Shown: positions 37,546 through 47,193 of the stretch, piece after piece
Layout of the letters: each line of letters begins with the position of its first letter
Numbering within the stretch: the first letter of the stretch is position 1
Made by a program: the position numbers and the translations under genes
Notes under the pieces: generated by a model
Told to the model about the DNA's origin: nothing
What the model saw: only the letters and a program-made list of their open reading frames with translations
Databases searched by the model: none
From: a virus
Lineage: Duplodnaviria; Caudoviricetes
Virus record (IMG/VR): IMGVR_UViG_3300049917_000136
Span: 1-51,430 of that record
Direction: 5' to 3' (one strand)
DNA length: 51,430 nt

Positions 37546-37994
37546 TAATTTATTCCTTTGTTAAATTTAGGTCGCATCGTGTCAAATTGGGCGGTTAAAG
37601 CAAAATCCTCGGAATTAAGGTGTTTCCCAATTCCCTTAAGAAGTCGCCTTTCGCACCATCGTTTAACAAGCACTGCTTGCGGAGCTTTACCAGACAAATA
37701 GGGTAAAACAGCATCCAGCACCTTAAACAAGCCTAGACGTGTGGTAACAGCAATACGCCAAGCTGGTTTATGGTGGGAAGCACGTTGTTTCACAGGCATA
37801 CAACGTACTGATCCATCCTCTACGAGTTCATCGAGGATCGTTTGCATTTTTACAACAATAGCTTGGTTAGTATTAGTGATATACAAAGTTGGAATAAATC
37901 GTGTATTGGAATTTTTATTCCCACGATATAGCCCAACTGTACCTTCACCATCAATAATACCGGCTAACCAACCTAATTCATCTAGCGTAGGCAT
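37545..37994 (-). CDS. Free-standing single-motif LAGLIDADG homing endonuclease
   Basis: WLAGIIDGEG; ITNTN; LPYLSGK. Confidence 0.88.
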   Translation of the reverse strand: MPTLDELGWLAGIIDGEGTVGLYRGNKNSNTRFIPTLYITNTNQAIVVKMQTILDELVEDGSVRCMPVKQRASHHKPAWRIAVTTRLGLFKVLDAVLPYLSGKAPQAVLVKRWCERRLLKGIGKHLNSEDFALTAQFDTMRPKFNKGIN

Positions 37995-38000
37995 AATTAC

Positions 38001-38702
38001 TCATGTGGCATTTGTCCACACTTGATCACCCAGGACCAAGTACACAAAGCTATCCGTAGTTCCTGCTAGATCGAAATCTAGAATAGTGGCGGATGCTCCG
38101 GTTGCGATTGCGATATCCGTTCGGACACTCTTCAAATCTGTGGTGAGCGTAACGCCAGTTAAGCCAACATTAAGACCGGCATAGCAGTACGTATCTCCCA
38201 CCGCAGAGGTACGAGGAAACGGAACAAGCACGGTTGCCGTGACAGAAGACGTGGACGTAATCTTGCGAGACTCGTTAAGATTCCCGCCAGACGTAAACCA
38301 CAGAATGCCCTCGTCCATGTCTGGAGAGGCCACAGAGGTTCCACCCACAACCGTAAGGCCGTTCGTAACCGCAGTTACAACGGTATCCGCTGTGATAGAT
38401 GTACCCGTTGCACCAGTTACCATTTTGGCTCGAAGGATCTGGTCTGGATTCACGATGACTGTCACCACACCTTCAACCGCACCCTGAGTGGTGCTATAGG
38501 CAGTAGTGGCTCCGAACTTCTCACCATTGTCCAGAATGATGCCCAGTGCATCACCAAACGAAGTCGTGGTAGAAATCGACACCTGGCCCGATGCGTTCGC
38601 CGCAGACCGTAGACCAACAATGCCAGGAAGCAATGTCGTAGCCGACGACTTGTATTTCTTCATAACCGGGGACGACCCCGATAAATTACCTGAATATTTC
38701 AT
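38001..38702 (-). CDS. Capsid decoration / cement protein
   Basis: Thr/Gly-rich beta protein located between the scaffold and capsid genes. Confidence 0.6.
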   Translation of the reverse strand: MKYSGNLSGSSPVMKKYKSSATTLLPGIVGLRSAANASGQVSISTTTSFGDALGIILDNGEKFGATTAYSTTQGAVEGVVTVIVNPDQILRAKMVTGATGTSITADTVVTAVTNGLTVVGGTSVASPDMDEGILWFTSGGNLNESRKITSTSSVTATVLVPFPRTSAVGDTYCYAGLNVGLTGVTLTTDLKSVRTDIAIATGASATILDFDLAGTTDSFVYLVLGDQVWTNAT

Positions 38703-38750
38703 GTTCTATCCTTTTCAAAACCCTGCTTCGTTGGTCCAGGGGTGTGACCG

Positions 38751-39113
38751 TTAGAGATACCCTTGTTTCAAACGCTTCTCTTTACTCTTCGCCCATGCTC
38801 GACGTTCATCACGAGTAGAGCGAACTTCTGTGTATAACTCTTCGTGAAAGTAAGCCGAACACTTTGGTTCATTCTTGACCGAGCACCCATCACAGGTTGC
38901 GGTACAGTAAGGAAATTCCTTTTCCTTTCTGAAGCCCACCTTGGCCGGATTGAACTTATGCGTACAATCAGGACAAAGCGTGATGACCTTTTTGGCCGCT
39001 GCCAGGTCGTAGATATGACCCCCGGCAAGCCGCCCTTTCGGTTTCCCGCCAGCCTCTTGATCGGCAAGAAACGATTGTTTCGTCCATTGCTGTTTCAATA
39101 AGATGGTAGGCAT
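38751..39113 (-). CDS. Zinc-binding hypothetical protein
   Basis: CPDC...CDGC motifs. Confidence 0.7.
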   Translation of the reverse strand: MPTILLKQQWTKQSFLADQEAGGKPKGRLAGGHIYDLAAAKKVITLCPDCTHKFNPAKVGFRKEKEFPYCTATCDGCSVKNEPKCSAYFHEELYTEVRSTRDERRAWAKSKEKRLKQGYL

Positions 39114-39967
39114 TAAGCACTCTTCACGAGGGTTCGTTTACGCTTGGCCAAGGCTTCCGCTTCTTTCCAATCCTTGACCACGTTATGCTTGATCATTTTC
39201 TTCCAGTGTTCTTGTTCACTCTCTGGAAGTGATTCGCGCCATGACTTCGTTGGTTTCTGTGTTTGTGTCGAGGACATATGAGTTTCTTGGAAGGGTTCCT
39301 TGCTGGTAATGACAGCCTGCTTTTCCCTCAAGGTCTGACGGGATTTCACGGTCTCGATGTCACCAAATGCAGCCCGTAATGCGGCAACTTCAGTGGCATA
39401 GCCCTGTGGCATCCCGAGAGTACGAGTCATGTAGGCATACTCTTTCTCGTACTTCTGACGACTATCGCTACCGGGGGTCATCGAATCCGGCACCAAGGAT
39501 TGATACTGGCGAATTTCACCGAGTATTTGATTCGTCGCTGTTTCCGTCGCATACCGCTCCTTAAACTTTCGTTCAAGACGCTGCTCGGTCATCTTCTCCT
39601 TGTATTCCTGTGCCTGATCCCGCGTACACCGACCCTCGGCAATATGAGTCTCCAGCTCAGCCCAGGTCAGTTCCTTTTGTGTCTGTTGTTCAACTTGGAC
39701 CTTCTGGCGTTCCTCCAGGCGAATACGTTCTTCACGTTCACGCCGTAATTCCTCCTGAAGCTGTTTACGTTCGGCTTCCTCGCGCTTCGCTCGCGCATAG
39801 ACCTCGTTAAACCGCTCCTTGGGAATCGTCTTAACTTCCGCTACCTCATCTGCAACTTTCTCTTGTACATCTGGTGCAGGTGTGGTATCTTCGGCTAAGA
39901 TGGAGACTTCTTCCTTCTTTTCCTCCTGAACAACAGGGTCTTGGACCTTAACCTCTTCCTCACTCAT
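39113..39967 (-). CDS. Capsid scaffolding protein
   Basis: Acidic N-terminus, IPKERFNEV, long coiled coil; gene position. Confidence 0.8.
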   Translation of the reverse strand: MSEEEVKVQDPVVQEEKKEEVSILAEDTTPAPDVQEKVADEVAEVKTIPKERFNEVYARAKREEAERKQLQEELRREREERIRLEERQKVQVEQQTQKELTWAELETHIAEGRCTRDQAQEYKEKMTEQRLERKFKERYATETATNQILGEIRQYQSLVPDSMTPGSDSRQKYEKEYAYMTRTLGMPQGYATEVAALRAAFGDIETVKSRQTLREKQAVITSKEPFQETHMSSTQTQKPTKSWRESLPESEQEHWKKMIKHNVVKDWKEAEALAKRKRTLVKSA

Positions 39968-39984
39968 ACAAACCTCACATCTTA

Positions 39985-40404
39985 TTATGGTAGATGATTC
40001 ACCGCAGTCTGGTTATGGTCAGACTGGAACCGCTGGGAGTGTCGTTCCCGTATGTCGTCGTAGCTGTCTTTCAATTTCTGGGGCAAGGCTACGATCTGCT
40101 CCAGCGCTTTCAATGCACCATTGGCGGTATGATAGCCATTTTGGGCATTGCGGATATCTTCGTCTTTGACTGCTTCAGTCAATGCCTTAAGCCAAGCCTC
40201 TTTCGCCTTTGTTTGCTCCTCCACCATGGCCTGGATATAGGAGAGAAACCGATCCCAATCGGGGCTGTTGGTAAGGTGGTCAAACGAGACTGCCGCCGTC
40301 TTAATGATCCCCAATGCGGTATCAACAGCGGGAAAAGACTCCCCTTGTCCTTGTGCTCCTTGAGTACCGAGAAAAGTCTTGTATTGTTGGTAGGTGGGGG
40401 GCAT
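39985..40404 (-). CDS. Small helical head-assembly-region protein
   Basis: LTNSPDW...GALKALEQIVALP pattern of proteins often found just after portal genes. Confidence 0.65.
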   Translation of the reverse strand: MPPTYQQYKTFLGTQGAQGQGESFPAVDTALGIIKTAAVSFDHLTNSPDWDRFLSYIQAMVEEQTKAKEAWLKALTEAVKDEDIRNAQNGYHTANGALKALEQIVALPQKLKDSYDDIRERHSQRFQSDHNQTAVNHLP

Positions 40405-40406
40405 GG

Positions 40407-41021
40407 TTATTCTTCCTTAATAAGTCGGCCCACTTCGAGCCGTTCCCGCCCGTCATTCCATTCAGACAGCCCCTTGTAGGCGTTCTTCATGAGCGCATAC
40501 TTTTCGGCAAAATCCACCGCCGCTTGCGCTAGTTCTTCTGTGGTAAGAGTGATGGAGTTTCCGTTTTCATCTTGTATTGCTGTAAGGGTTTCAGCTGCCA
40601 CTCCTCCTCGTGATACCTCAGGTGTTCCGGCGCTAGGATTGGCGAAGGGCACACTGACACCGGCCTCATTTGGCAAGCGTATAAGCTCATCATAAATAGC
40701 AATAGTAGCGGCAGTGAGAGGCTTGGGATCTTTTCGAGCATGACGGATTACCTCTTTTTTAGTGTGTTCAGCCTTTGCCTCAATGACACGTTCCGCTGCA
40801 TCATTTGCTTTGACTACTTCGGATTCCATCGCGTTAGCTTTGACCGATTCCTGAGCCGCTTGAACAGAAGCGTTTGCTATCGCGGCATCCCACTCTTCAT
40901 GCACCGCTTTCTTACCTGTGAAATACCCATGGGTCCATATTGAGCCAACAGAAGCGATGACAATTCCAGCCATCACGCCGTACTTAATCAGAGGTTTTGC
41001 GGCCATTAATGCGGGGATCAT
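40407..41021 (-). CDS. Spanin (Rz-like inner-membrane component)
   Basis: N-terminal TM, GY..GK..V..EWD, Ala-rich coiled coil. Confidence 0.7.
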   Translation of the reverse strand: MIPALMAAKPLIKYGVMAGIVIASVGSIWTHGYFTGKKAVHEEWDAAIANASVQAAQESVKANAMESEVVKANDAAERVIEAKAEHTKKEVIRHARKDPKPLTAATIAIYDELIRLPNEAGVSVPFANPSAGTPEVSRGGVAAETLTAIQDENGNSITLTTEELAQAAVDFAEKYALMKNAYKGLSEWNDGRERLEVGRLIKEE

Positions 41022-41461
41022 CAGTGTCTTCCGTAATGTCCGCGAATGTTGAGAATCGGCGTTGAAGCAGATGTAGCAGCTGCTGCCGAGGATGCCGCTG
41101 CATTTACAGTATTTGTAGCACCACTAAACGCAACACCAGCTCCAATAGATCCACCGATAATCAAGGCACTGAGTATTTCAGGGGCCGAGCCACGAGATGA
41201 GGCAGACACCCATTCATCTTGTTCAGATTTTGAGAGATAAACACACCGCTTGAAATCACTCTCGAAGTAAAATTTGTACCAAGGCTTTTTCTCCGCAGGG
41301 CCTTCACAACGCTCCAGACGAGCAAATGATTGATTGGTCCCGAAACCTGATCGTTCCTCAGGCTTAGCTAGCTTTGTCCATAACCCGCTCGGCCATTCTT
41401 GATGAGGCGTGACACATCCTGACAACACCAACATGACCGCCATAAATGGAATAACCAGCAT
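41021..41461 (-). CDS. Lipoprotein with C-terminal hydrophobic/Gly-zipper segment (spanin candidate)
   Basis: GGAGGA RBS; MLVIPFMAVMLVLSGC lipobox; ILSALIIGGSIGAGVAF. Confidence 0.6.
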   Translation of the reverse strand: MLVIPFMAVMLVLSGCVTPHQEWPSGLWTKLAKPEERSGFGTNQSFARLERCEGPAEKKPWYKFYFESDFKRCVYLSKSEQDEWVSASSRGSAPEILSALIIGGSIGAGVAFSGATNTVNAAASSAAAATSASTPILNIRGHYGRH

Positions 41462-41469
41462 AGATCCTC

Positions 41470-41730
41470 CTATGAGATCTTGTCCGCTTTTGAAATCATT
41501 TCCGTCTTCACCGCGCTCTGATGAGTCGTGTTCATCCAGTAGGCAACAGCAGCACTCGCAAACCCAGAAAGTTGACCGACCATATAGACGAGGATTTCCC
41601 TGTTCCCTTCCGGCACATGGCGTAAAAATAATGCCACAATGACAGACATAAATCCTGAGACAAGGAACCACGTCAGAATGGCAAGAAACCAGTTCATGCT
41701 CGCTTTTGGCTTTTCTGCTTCAATACTCAT
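41470..41730 (-). CDS. Putative holin (two TM)
   Basis: Two TM helices joined by P.GNRE.L, then AVAYW and a charged tail. Confidence 0.65.
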   Translation of the reverse strand: MSIEAEKPKASMNWFLAILTWFLVSGFMSVIVALFLRHVPEGNREILVYMVGQLSGFASAAVAYWMNTTHQSAVKTEMISKADKIS

Positions 41731-41897
41731 TTTCGCTCGATGACACCTTCACACATATTGCAATACTTGGGAATCACTTTGGGGACTGTGCTATTCTCGA
41801 AAAACCCTTCTCGTACTTCTTTTATGTAGATCTTCCCTACGTGACACTTACATCTCGGGCACCACGCTTCGCCCACTAATTTCTTAGTTGGCGCCAC
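41727..41897 (-). CDS. Small zinc-ribbon protein (not in the ORF track)
   Basis: My translation contains WCPRC...YCNMC and overlaps both neighbours. Confidence 0.5.
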   Translation of the reverse strand: MAPTKKLVGEAWCPRCKCHVGKIYIKEVREGFFENSTVPKVIPKYCNMCEGVIERK

Positions 41898-42120
41898 TAT
41901 GTTTCTCCAAAATCTGTTTACAGAATGCTACAGCTTCTTCTTGTGACCACCACCCCGCTGAAGGAGACTCCCCGCTATCAATTACTTCCTCATCTTCTGG
42001 ACTCACCCGTAACGTCCATCCACCATGACGCGCCCTGAAATAAAATGGCTTCCCGTTTAAGGTACCTTCGATTTGATTGGGCATCATTCCAACATATTGA
42101 TCGGGAATCATATAAGTCAT
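41884..42120 (-). CDS. Hypothetical protein
   Basis: P.Q.EG...G.PFYFRARHG.W motif. Confidence 0.7.
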   Translation of the reverse strand: MTYMIPDQYVGMMPNQIEGTLNGKPFYFRARHGGWTLRVSPEDEEVIDSGESPSAGWWSQEEAVAFCKQILEKHSGAN

Positions 42121-44489
42121 TGCACCATCCCCTTCGCACCTGGCAACGATTCATCCATCACTTGATTTGGCCCCGCTTGTGGCAGCTGCCCTGCTGTTGG
42201 ATCTACTACGCCTTCCGGCCCACCTGTCCCGCCACCCCCGCCCATCGCCTGTGCGAATTGCTGTGCTTGCTGGGCTTGGAGCATTTCTTGCTGAACCAAC
42301 CCTTGGACTTGCATCACATAGGCTTCATAAATAGCTTTAAAGAACTGGTCCTGTTGGATAAGTTGACCATACCGGCGATCACTTTTGAACTGGCCTAGCT
42401 TCTGGAGGTGCATCTGAGCACCTTCCGATGGGTAGCCTTGCGGTAAGACACCCTGCACCATTTGTCCCATGGCTTCCTCAGCAGTAAGCTTAGGCATATC
42501 AGCATTAGGAGGAGTATTGAGATACTTGTGCTCATCTTGGCCTTTGCTCTGTATGAGATCGCGTAACAGGTTATAGATCTTCTCAGGATTCGTGAGACCC
42601 AGTTGGAGGGTCATCCCATTCACTACGACCGGCAATAGCTCACTTAGGATTTGCGAGGTAATAGCCTTGTTGGTATTCAGGGCATTGGCCTTGAAATCAA
42701 ACTGGAACATCCCACCTATATCATCCGGCTTGTTGATCACCTGATAGGGATCGGCCCCCGGTTGGGTTACGCCTGTCACACGGTATTGCTTCTTAGGTGG
42801 TAGAAAGACTTTGTTCAATTCGTGCATCTGTTGATACAGCTCGGCAATTCCTTTGAAGAATCGTCGCAAGATACGCTCTGGCCTCGCGTCCCCTTGCTGT
42901 AATACAGACATCATATTTGTGGAGGTACGTAACGCAGAGGCTTTCCCTTGTGGAACCCCACCCATTTGAAGGGCACCCTGCATGCTTTCCCGCTCGCTCC
43001 ATTGCTGTACTAACGCGATAAGATTGAGGGCAATGTTTTGGTCATTCTGCGGTATTTGTGGATAATTGATGTCTCGTTGCGGATCGGATACAGGGTGCAT
43101 CACCCCTGGTTCAATGCGAATTTGCTCTGGCCGTAATCCGCTTGCAGAACGATAGAAGCCCCATGGAATGTTGCACAGCGTATGCTTATCGATCATCTGG
43201 TCAAGCAAGATCTTCGTGAGATCCTGCATGGCCTCCAGCAATTCCAGCATCCCAATGGCGAACCATTGACCGGGAATCGGGATAAATCCAGGGGACGAGG
43301 CAAAGGGTCTTGGACGTGCCAAGTCCTGACGGGGAAACTCATCCTCCAGGTATCGGAGACGTGCGAGAGCCTTTGTGTTTCGGTTGGGGCCGAGAATTAC
43401 ACGCGCTACAATTTCCTCTTCAAATTCGTTATTAGGGAGTTTCCAGCGACCAAAATAGGTCAGGCGCGTAAAAACCTTTGAGGTAACTTTCGCATTTCCG
43501 TACTGTTGACCAGCTAAGGAATCGGCTTGGATTTTGTGTTGTTCCGGCCCGTTGGGACCATCCGCACCACGATCTGTCCCGACTCCAGCCTCAACCCGAT
43601 CCTCCATACTCTCCATATCTTCGTCAGTAAGGAGGTCATAATAGCCCTTGGCTTTGAGACGTTGAATTTCGTCCCACTGGGGCCAATCCACCATAATGAC
43701 GTGATCGGCACCCAGAGGATTCGATGGGCTTGGAGGTTGAAGATTGTCGCAACGTGACGGGCAGATGATGTCTTCTAGTGGCTTGGGGATAGGGCAAGGA
43801 CCGTCAAAGATAACCTTGTCTTTTTTGATACTGACGAAATGTTGCCCATCTTCCTCAAAGAACTCAGCTTCTACGGTTTCGGGGTCCTCGTCTTGAAGGC
43901 TTTTAGCAAGAAGAACTTTATAGTTCCCGTTTCCCTTTTCGGTAACAATGCCTGTGGGGTACATCCCTTCAAGTGTTTTACGATAGACAGCAATAATGTC
44001 TAGCTTGGCTATCCCTTCAGGAATCTCGACAGACCGTAGTTCACGCGCCTGACGTTTCTCTCGGACCCACGGCACAAAGAACACTGCTCGGCCATCGTTC
44101 ACAAAACTTTCCGCAAATGCTGCTATTTTCTCTTCACCGTTCTGTTCGGTAAAGAATTGATAGTCCTGGAGCGAATCGATGCTCTTACCCTTCTCCGCAT
44201 CGCCACTATTGACCGCATTGGCCGAAATGACAGGCCGACTCCCAAGAACGGCATTAATGAGCGTATCCTGGGTCCGTAGCGAATTGGTCATCAGCATAGG
44301 CACATGCTGGTTGCTCGCGTTGGGCCATGGATAGTTTTTCGCTTCCCGCCACCCAAACAACTTGGCAAACCGCTGTAGGCGTAACTCGGACCAATCCGCA
44401 CGATCTAACAAATCCTGGTCGTAACGTTCGAGTACGATACGGATAAAATCGTCTTTGTCTTCTGGTACGAGTGATTTACGCTTTTTCAA
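42117..44489 (-). CDS. Portal protein (P22-like, long)
   Basis: 790 aa directly after TerL; PWPNASN motif; Gln-rich C-terminal barrel-like tail. Confidence 0.88.
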   Translation of the reverse strand: MKKRKSLVPEDKDDFIRIVLERYDQDLLDRADWSELRLQRFAKLFGWREAKNYPWPNASNQHVPMLMTNSLRTQDTLINAVLGSRPVISANAVNSGDAEKGKSIDSLQDYQFFTEQNGEEKIAAFAESFVNDGRAVFFVPWVREKRQARELRSVEIPEGIAKLDIIAVYRKTLEGMYPTGIVTEKGNGNYKVLLAKSLQDEDPETVEAEFFEEDGQHFVSIKKDKVIFDGPCPIPKPLEDIICPSRCDNLQPPSPSNPLGADHVIMVDWPQWDEIQRLKAKGYYDLLTDEDMESMEDRVEAGVGTDRGADGPNGPEQHKIQADSLAGQQYGNAKVTSKVFTRLTYFGRWKLPNNEFEEEIVARVILGPNRNTKALARLRYLEDEFPRQDLARPRPFASSPGFIPIPGQWFAIGMLELLEAMQDLTKILLDQMIDKHTLCNIPWGFYRSASGLRPEQIRIEPGVMHPVSDPQRDINYPQIPQNDQNIALNLIALVQQWSERESMQGALQMGGVPQGKASALRTSTNMMSVLQQGDARPERILRRFFKGIAELYQQMHELNKVFLPPKKQYRVTGVTQPGADPYQVINKPDDIGGMFQFDFKANALNTNKAITSQILSELLPVVVNGMTLQLGLTNPEKIYNLLRDLIQSKGQDEHKYLNTPPNADMPKLTAEEAMGQMVQGVLPQGYPSEGAQMHLQKLGQFKSDRRYGQLIQQDQFFKAIYEAYVMQVQGLVQQEMLQAQQAQQFAQAMGGGGGTGGPEGVVDPTAGQLPQAGPNQVMDESLPGAKGMVQ

Positions 44490-46166
44490 TTAGTATCCGT
44501 TCGTTCGCCCACTGACGGTTTCAATTGGACGACCCAAATGTTTCAATCCTCGGAAGGTAGGATTTGTGTTCGCTGCATACTTGCCAAGCGTAGGATAATC
44601 ATCATGCTTCTGCTTGGCTTTCTGTTTCTGATCGCGTTCCATGGATCGTTTGAAGTCATCCCAACTGTAGCGTTTATATTGACCGATGCTGTTGGTACAA
44701 CGTTCATGAATTAAAAACCGTGGCCGTTGTGTAAACTGATCCGGCTTCATGTAATCGTTGAGAAATTGCCGCCCCGCTTCCCCATCGTCGGCAAGGTCGA
44801 ACGTCAGACCGGCCCGTTCAAACGCATCCTGCCAGGTTGTCTCACGGTCAGTAGAGGCTTGGGATCGGCCCATATTGGGGTCCATAATTCGTTGGATGGT
44901 TTTCCACCCTATCTCTTTTTCTAACTCACTCACCTGAATGGCGACTTCATCGGGCGAGCCTTCCACTGCAAGTTCATAGAGTTGATGTAGATCATCATTG
45001 GGATCGATCTGGAACCAAGCGAGCATATGGGGCTTGCGGGGGTGTGGATCTAACGCGCAGATAACCGGATACAGAGGATCGGCCTCCAGAGTTGACGATG
45101 TGTGACAAAAAGAAACTGTTGACGTGGATGAGCAGGTCCCGCAAGCCCCGTTATTATCTAGAACTGTGAGGTCAAGGCACTCAAAACACCAAGTACGATC
45201 AACATCAGTAAACAATGGATGAACACGATTAGAGAGGCGTAGATGCTGGCCATAGATACGTGTTTGTCTCTCAGCGGCAGTTAAGGTTCGAGCGAGTTCA
45301 GCAAGGGCTGTCTGGTCAAGGTTGAGGTTATCCGTGGCATACATATTGATCCACTCATACGTGGGATCGTGGTTCTTCCCTGGTTGAGCGGGTTCGTAGA
45401 CACGATCCACGATCCAATCAACAGGGGTGGATGGATCATCAGGCCACGTCATGGACATCATTGCCGTTCCGTTGACGCGCTTGACGCGGACCATGTTTTC
45501 TATCCAAATTGATTCCTTGGGTGGCTCATCGTGAAGGACAAAGTGGAAATCTCCTGAAGCGAAATCACTCGGATCTTGATCGTAGGACATAAATTGGACC
45601 CGAGATATTCCACGGTACAGTCCTGTGTCTGGGTCGTGGTAGCGAAGTTCGAGTGTCCTGGTTCGCGCAGTCCACGATTCATCCCATTCACCTTTAAGGA
45701 GGCAATGCTTGGGTATCCAGCCAAAATGTCCTCTGGAGCCACCTGGTTCATCTACTCCTTGCCATTTCCAGTATTGGAGCTTGGGAAGGATGATCGTTTC
45801 GAGTGTGTTTGTAATAGATTCGACAACAACGCGGCAATTGATTGGGCCTCGGAACTTATCTCGAGGGTAGATGTCTCGCAACGAGTTAGGGATCTGCCCA
45901 GTGGCGCGAATAACCATTTCCACGAGCGCGGTATCCGTCTTTGAGGCTCCATTGCCACCCCCTACCCCTAATACCTTCGCCTTGGATGTATGGATCTGTA
46001 TGGCCTTCTCACTGACGGGCACGTACCACTTCAACTGATTCACTTGCCGGTCATACGCCTGGATATCCAGATATTCCTGTACCAGCGTCACCAGCTGATC
46101 ATCCGGCATCGTGTCGATACTGGCCAGAGAAAGGGATTCTAATTTACTCAGTAGTTCGAGGCTCAT
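44490..46166 (-). CDS. terL: Terminase large subunit
   Basis: GGNGASKT P-loop, FMSYDQ, Walker B DEPP, nuclease ALDPHP...HDD. Confidence 0.92.
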   Translation of the reverse strand: MSLELLSKLESLSLASIDTMPDDQLVTLVQEYLDIQAYDRQVNQLKWYVPVSEKAIQIHTSKAKVLGVGGGNGASKTDTALVEMVIRATGQIPNSLRDIYPRDKFRGPINCRVVVESITNTLETIILPKLQYWKWQGVDEPGGSRGHFGWIPKHCLLKGEWDESWTARTRTLELRYHDPDTGLYRGISRVQFMSYDQDPSDFASGDFHFVLHDEPPKESIWIENMVRVKRVNGTAMMSMTWPDDPSTPVDWIVDRVYEPAQPGKNHDPTYEWINMYATDNLNLDQTALAELARTLTAAERQTRIYGQHLRLSNRVHPLFTDVDRTWCFECLDLTVLDNNGACGTCSSTSTVSFCHTSSTLEADPLYPVICALDPHPRKPHMLAWFQIDPNDDLHQLYELAVEGSPDEVAIQVSELEKEIGWKTIQRIMDPNMGRSQASTDRETTWQDAFERAGLTFDLADDGEAGRQFLNDYMKPDQFTQRPRFLIHERCTNSIGQYKRYSWDDFKRSMERDQKQKAKQKHDDYPTLGKYAANTNPTFRGLKHLGRPIETVSGRTNGY

Positions 46167-46338
46167 CGACTTCGACTCTCACCACCCGATGCTGCACATA
46201 CGCTTTGGGCCATCCCCAGACCACTTCAGGTTCACAGAAACATTCCACAGATACGACATGCGGGTATTCAGGATATCCCTCGATATCCGTTGGGATCACA
46301 TAGACAGCGGCTCGTTTATCCCACACTCCCCACAACAT
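46144..46338 (-). CDS. Small hypothetical protein
   Basis: PH....CFCEP motif; overlaps both terminase genes. Confidence 0.55.
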   Translation of the reverse strand: MLWGVWDKRAAVYVIPTDIEGYPEYPHVVSVECFCEPEVVWGWPKAYVQHRVVRVEVDEPRTTE

Positions 46339-46861
46339 CTTTTTTCTCGGGCATTTCGATTGTCGCTTTACGTTCTGTCAGCGTCACTATGCCCCGCTTC
46401 TTCAGGGCATCGAGGAGAGCAGGCCCCATTTCATCCAATTTCGCTTGTTGGGCTTGCCCAATAATCGAGGTAGGCTGACCTTCTAGCAGGAGGACCTTTT
46501 CAGTAGAGATCCCCAGCATCACACCGATGTCTTTCAGTTTGGATTCCTCTAGAAGGGCCTTTAAGCGGTGGGGTTCTCCCTGTTCATCCGGCTGAAGCAC
46601 CCAGTCCATAATGTAACCGGAGAGGTGATTCCAGCTGCCCTTGAGCCGTTCCCGGTTATTGTCCTTCCACTTCTGAAGGCTCTCCCACCCCTTGTTGCCG
46701 TTGGGGTACACCCTTTGTTTCTTCTTTGATAATTCTGGAGACTGCTTCCCAATCAGTGGGGTGGGTACTGAAACATGCGTTGAAGAGACTGGCGAGCCTT
46801 TTAATTCGCTCCTCTTTAGTTTCGTATCGCATGGATCTTTAAACTTTCTCGGGGCAGGCAT
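46316..46861 (-). CDS. Probable terminase small subunit
   Basis: First late gene; LKDIGVMLGISTEKVLLLEGQPT oligomerisation-type motif. Confidence 0.65.
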   Translation of the reverse strand: MPAPRKFKDPCDTKLKRSELKGSPVSSTHVSVPTPLIGKQSPELSKKKQRVYPNGNKGWESLQKWKDNNRERLKGSWNHLSGYIMDWVLQPDEQGEPHRLKALLEESKLKDIGVMLGISTEKVLLLEGQPTSIIGQAQQAKLDEMGPALLDALKKRGIVTLTERKATIEMPEKKDVVGSVG

Positions 46862-46891
46862 CTACATCACAAGAGTTGACATAATTTCGAG

Positions 46892-47023
46892 GGGGATGGA
46901 GCCGGATAGGTTACGATCTGTCCTATTCCCTTATCAAGGGCGAGTTCCCGTCAATGCGAGAATGTGCTACTTCCAGCACCAGTAATGACACCTTGAACCT
47001 ACCCGACTCTCAGACCATCCACC
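46892..47023 (-). ncRNA. Multi-branched structured RNA (late leader or small RNA)
   Basis: Nested stems whose mismatches are G-U pairs only on the - strand; lies just downstream of a promoter. Confidence 0.55.
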
Positions 47024-47044
47024 ATATCTAGTACCCTCTGCCGT

Positions 47045-47073
47045 ATTATAGCACAAATGTGTCATAAATACAA
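47045..47073 (-). promoter_or_regulatory. Sigma70-type promoter for the late operon
   Basis: - strand TTGTAT-N17-TATAAT with extended TG. Confidence 0.65.
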
Positions 47074-47193
47074 CATTCTATTACTCGAGATAGGAGGTTC
47101 GGCGGAAAAATTTCTACCTCCTTCATTAAAAATAGTCAGAATTTTTCTAATCTAAGGACCCCTCTCGGGTGCCTCAAGGGGTGTCTCTAGGAA

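Noticed and set aside
37545-37994. Group I intron or intein around the LAGLIDADG ORF
   Set aside because: There is no flanking non-coding space, the neighbouring genes look intact, and no intein splice residues are present.
41462-41671. Cys-rich N-terminal extension of ORF 41021..41671
   Set aside because: It overlaps the holin in another frame; the true start is more likely ATG 41461, which has an RBS and lipobox.
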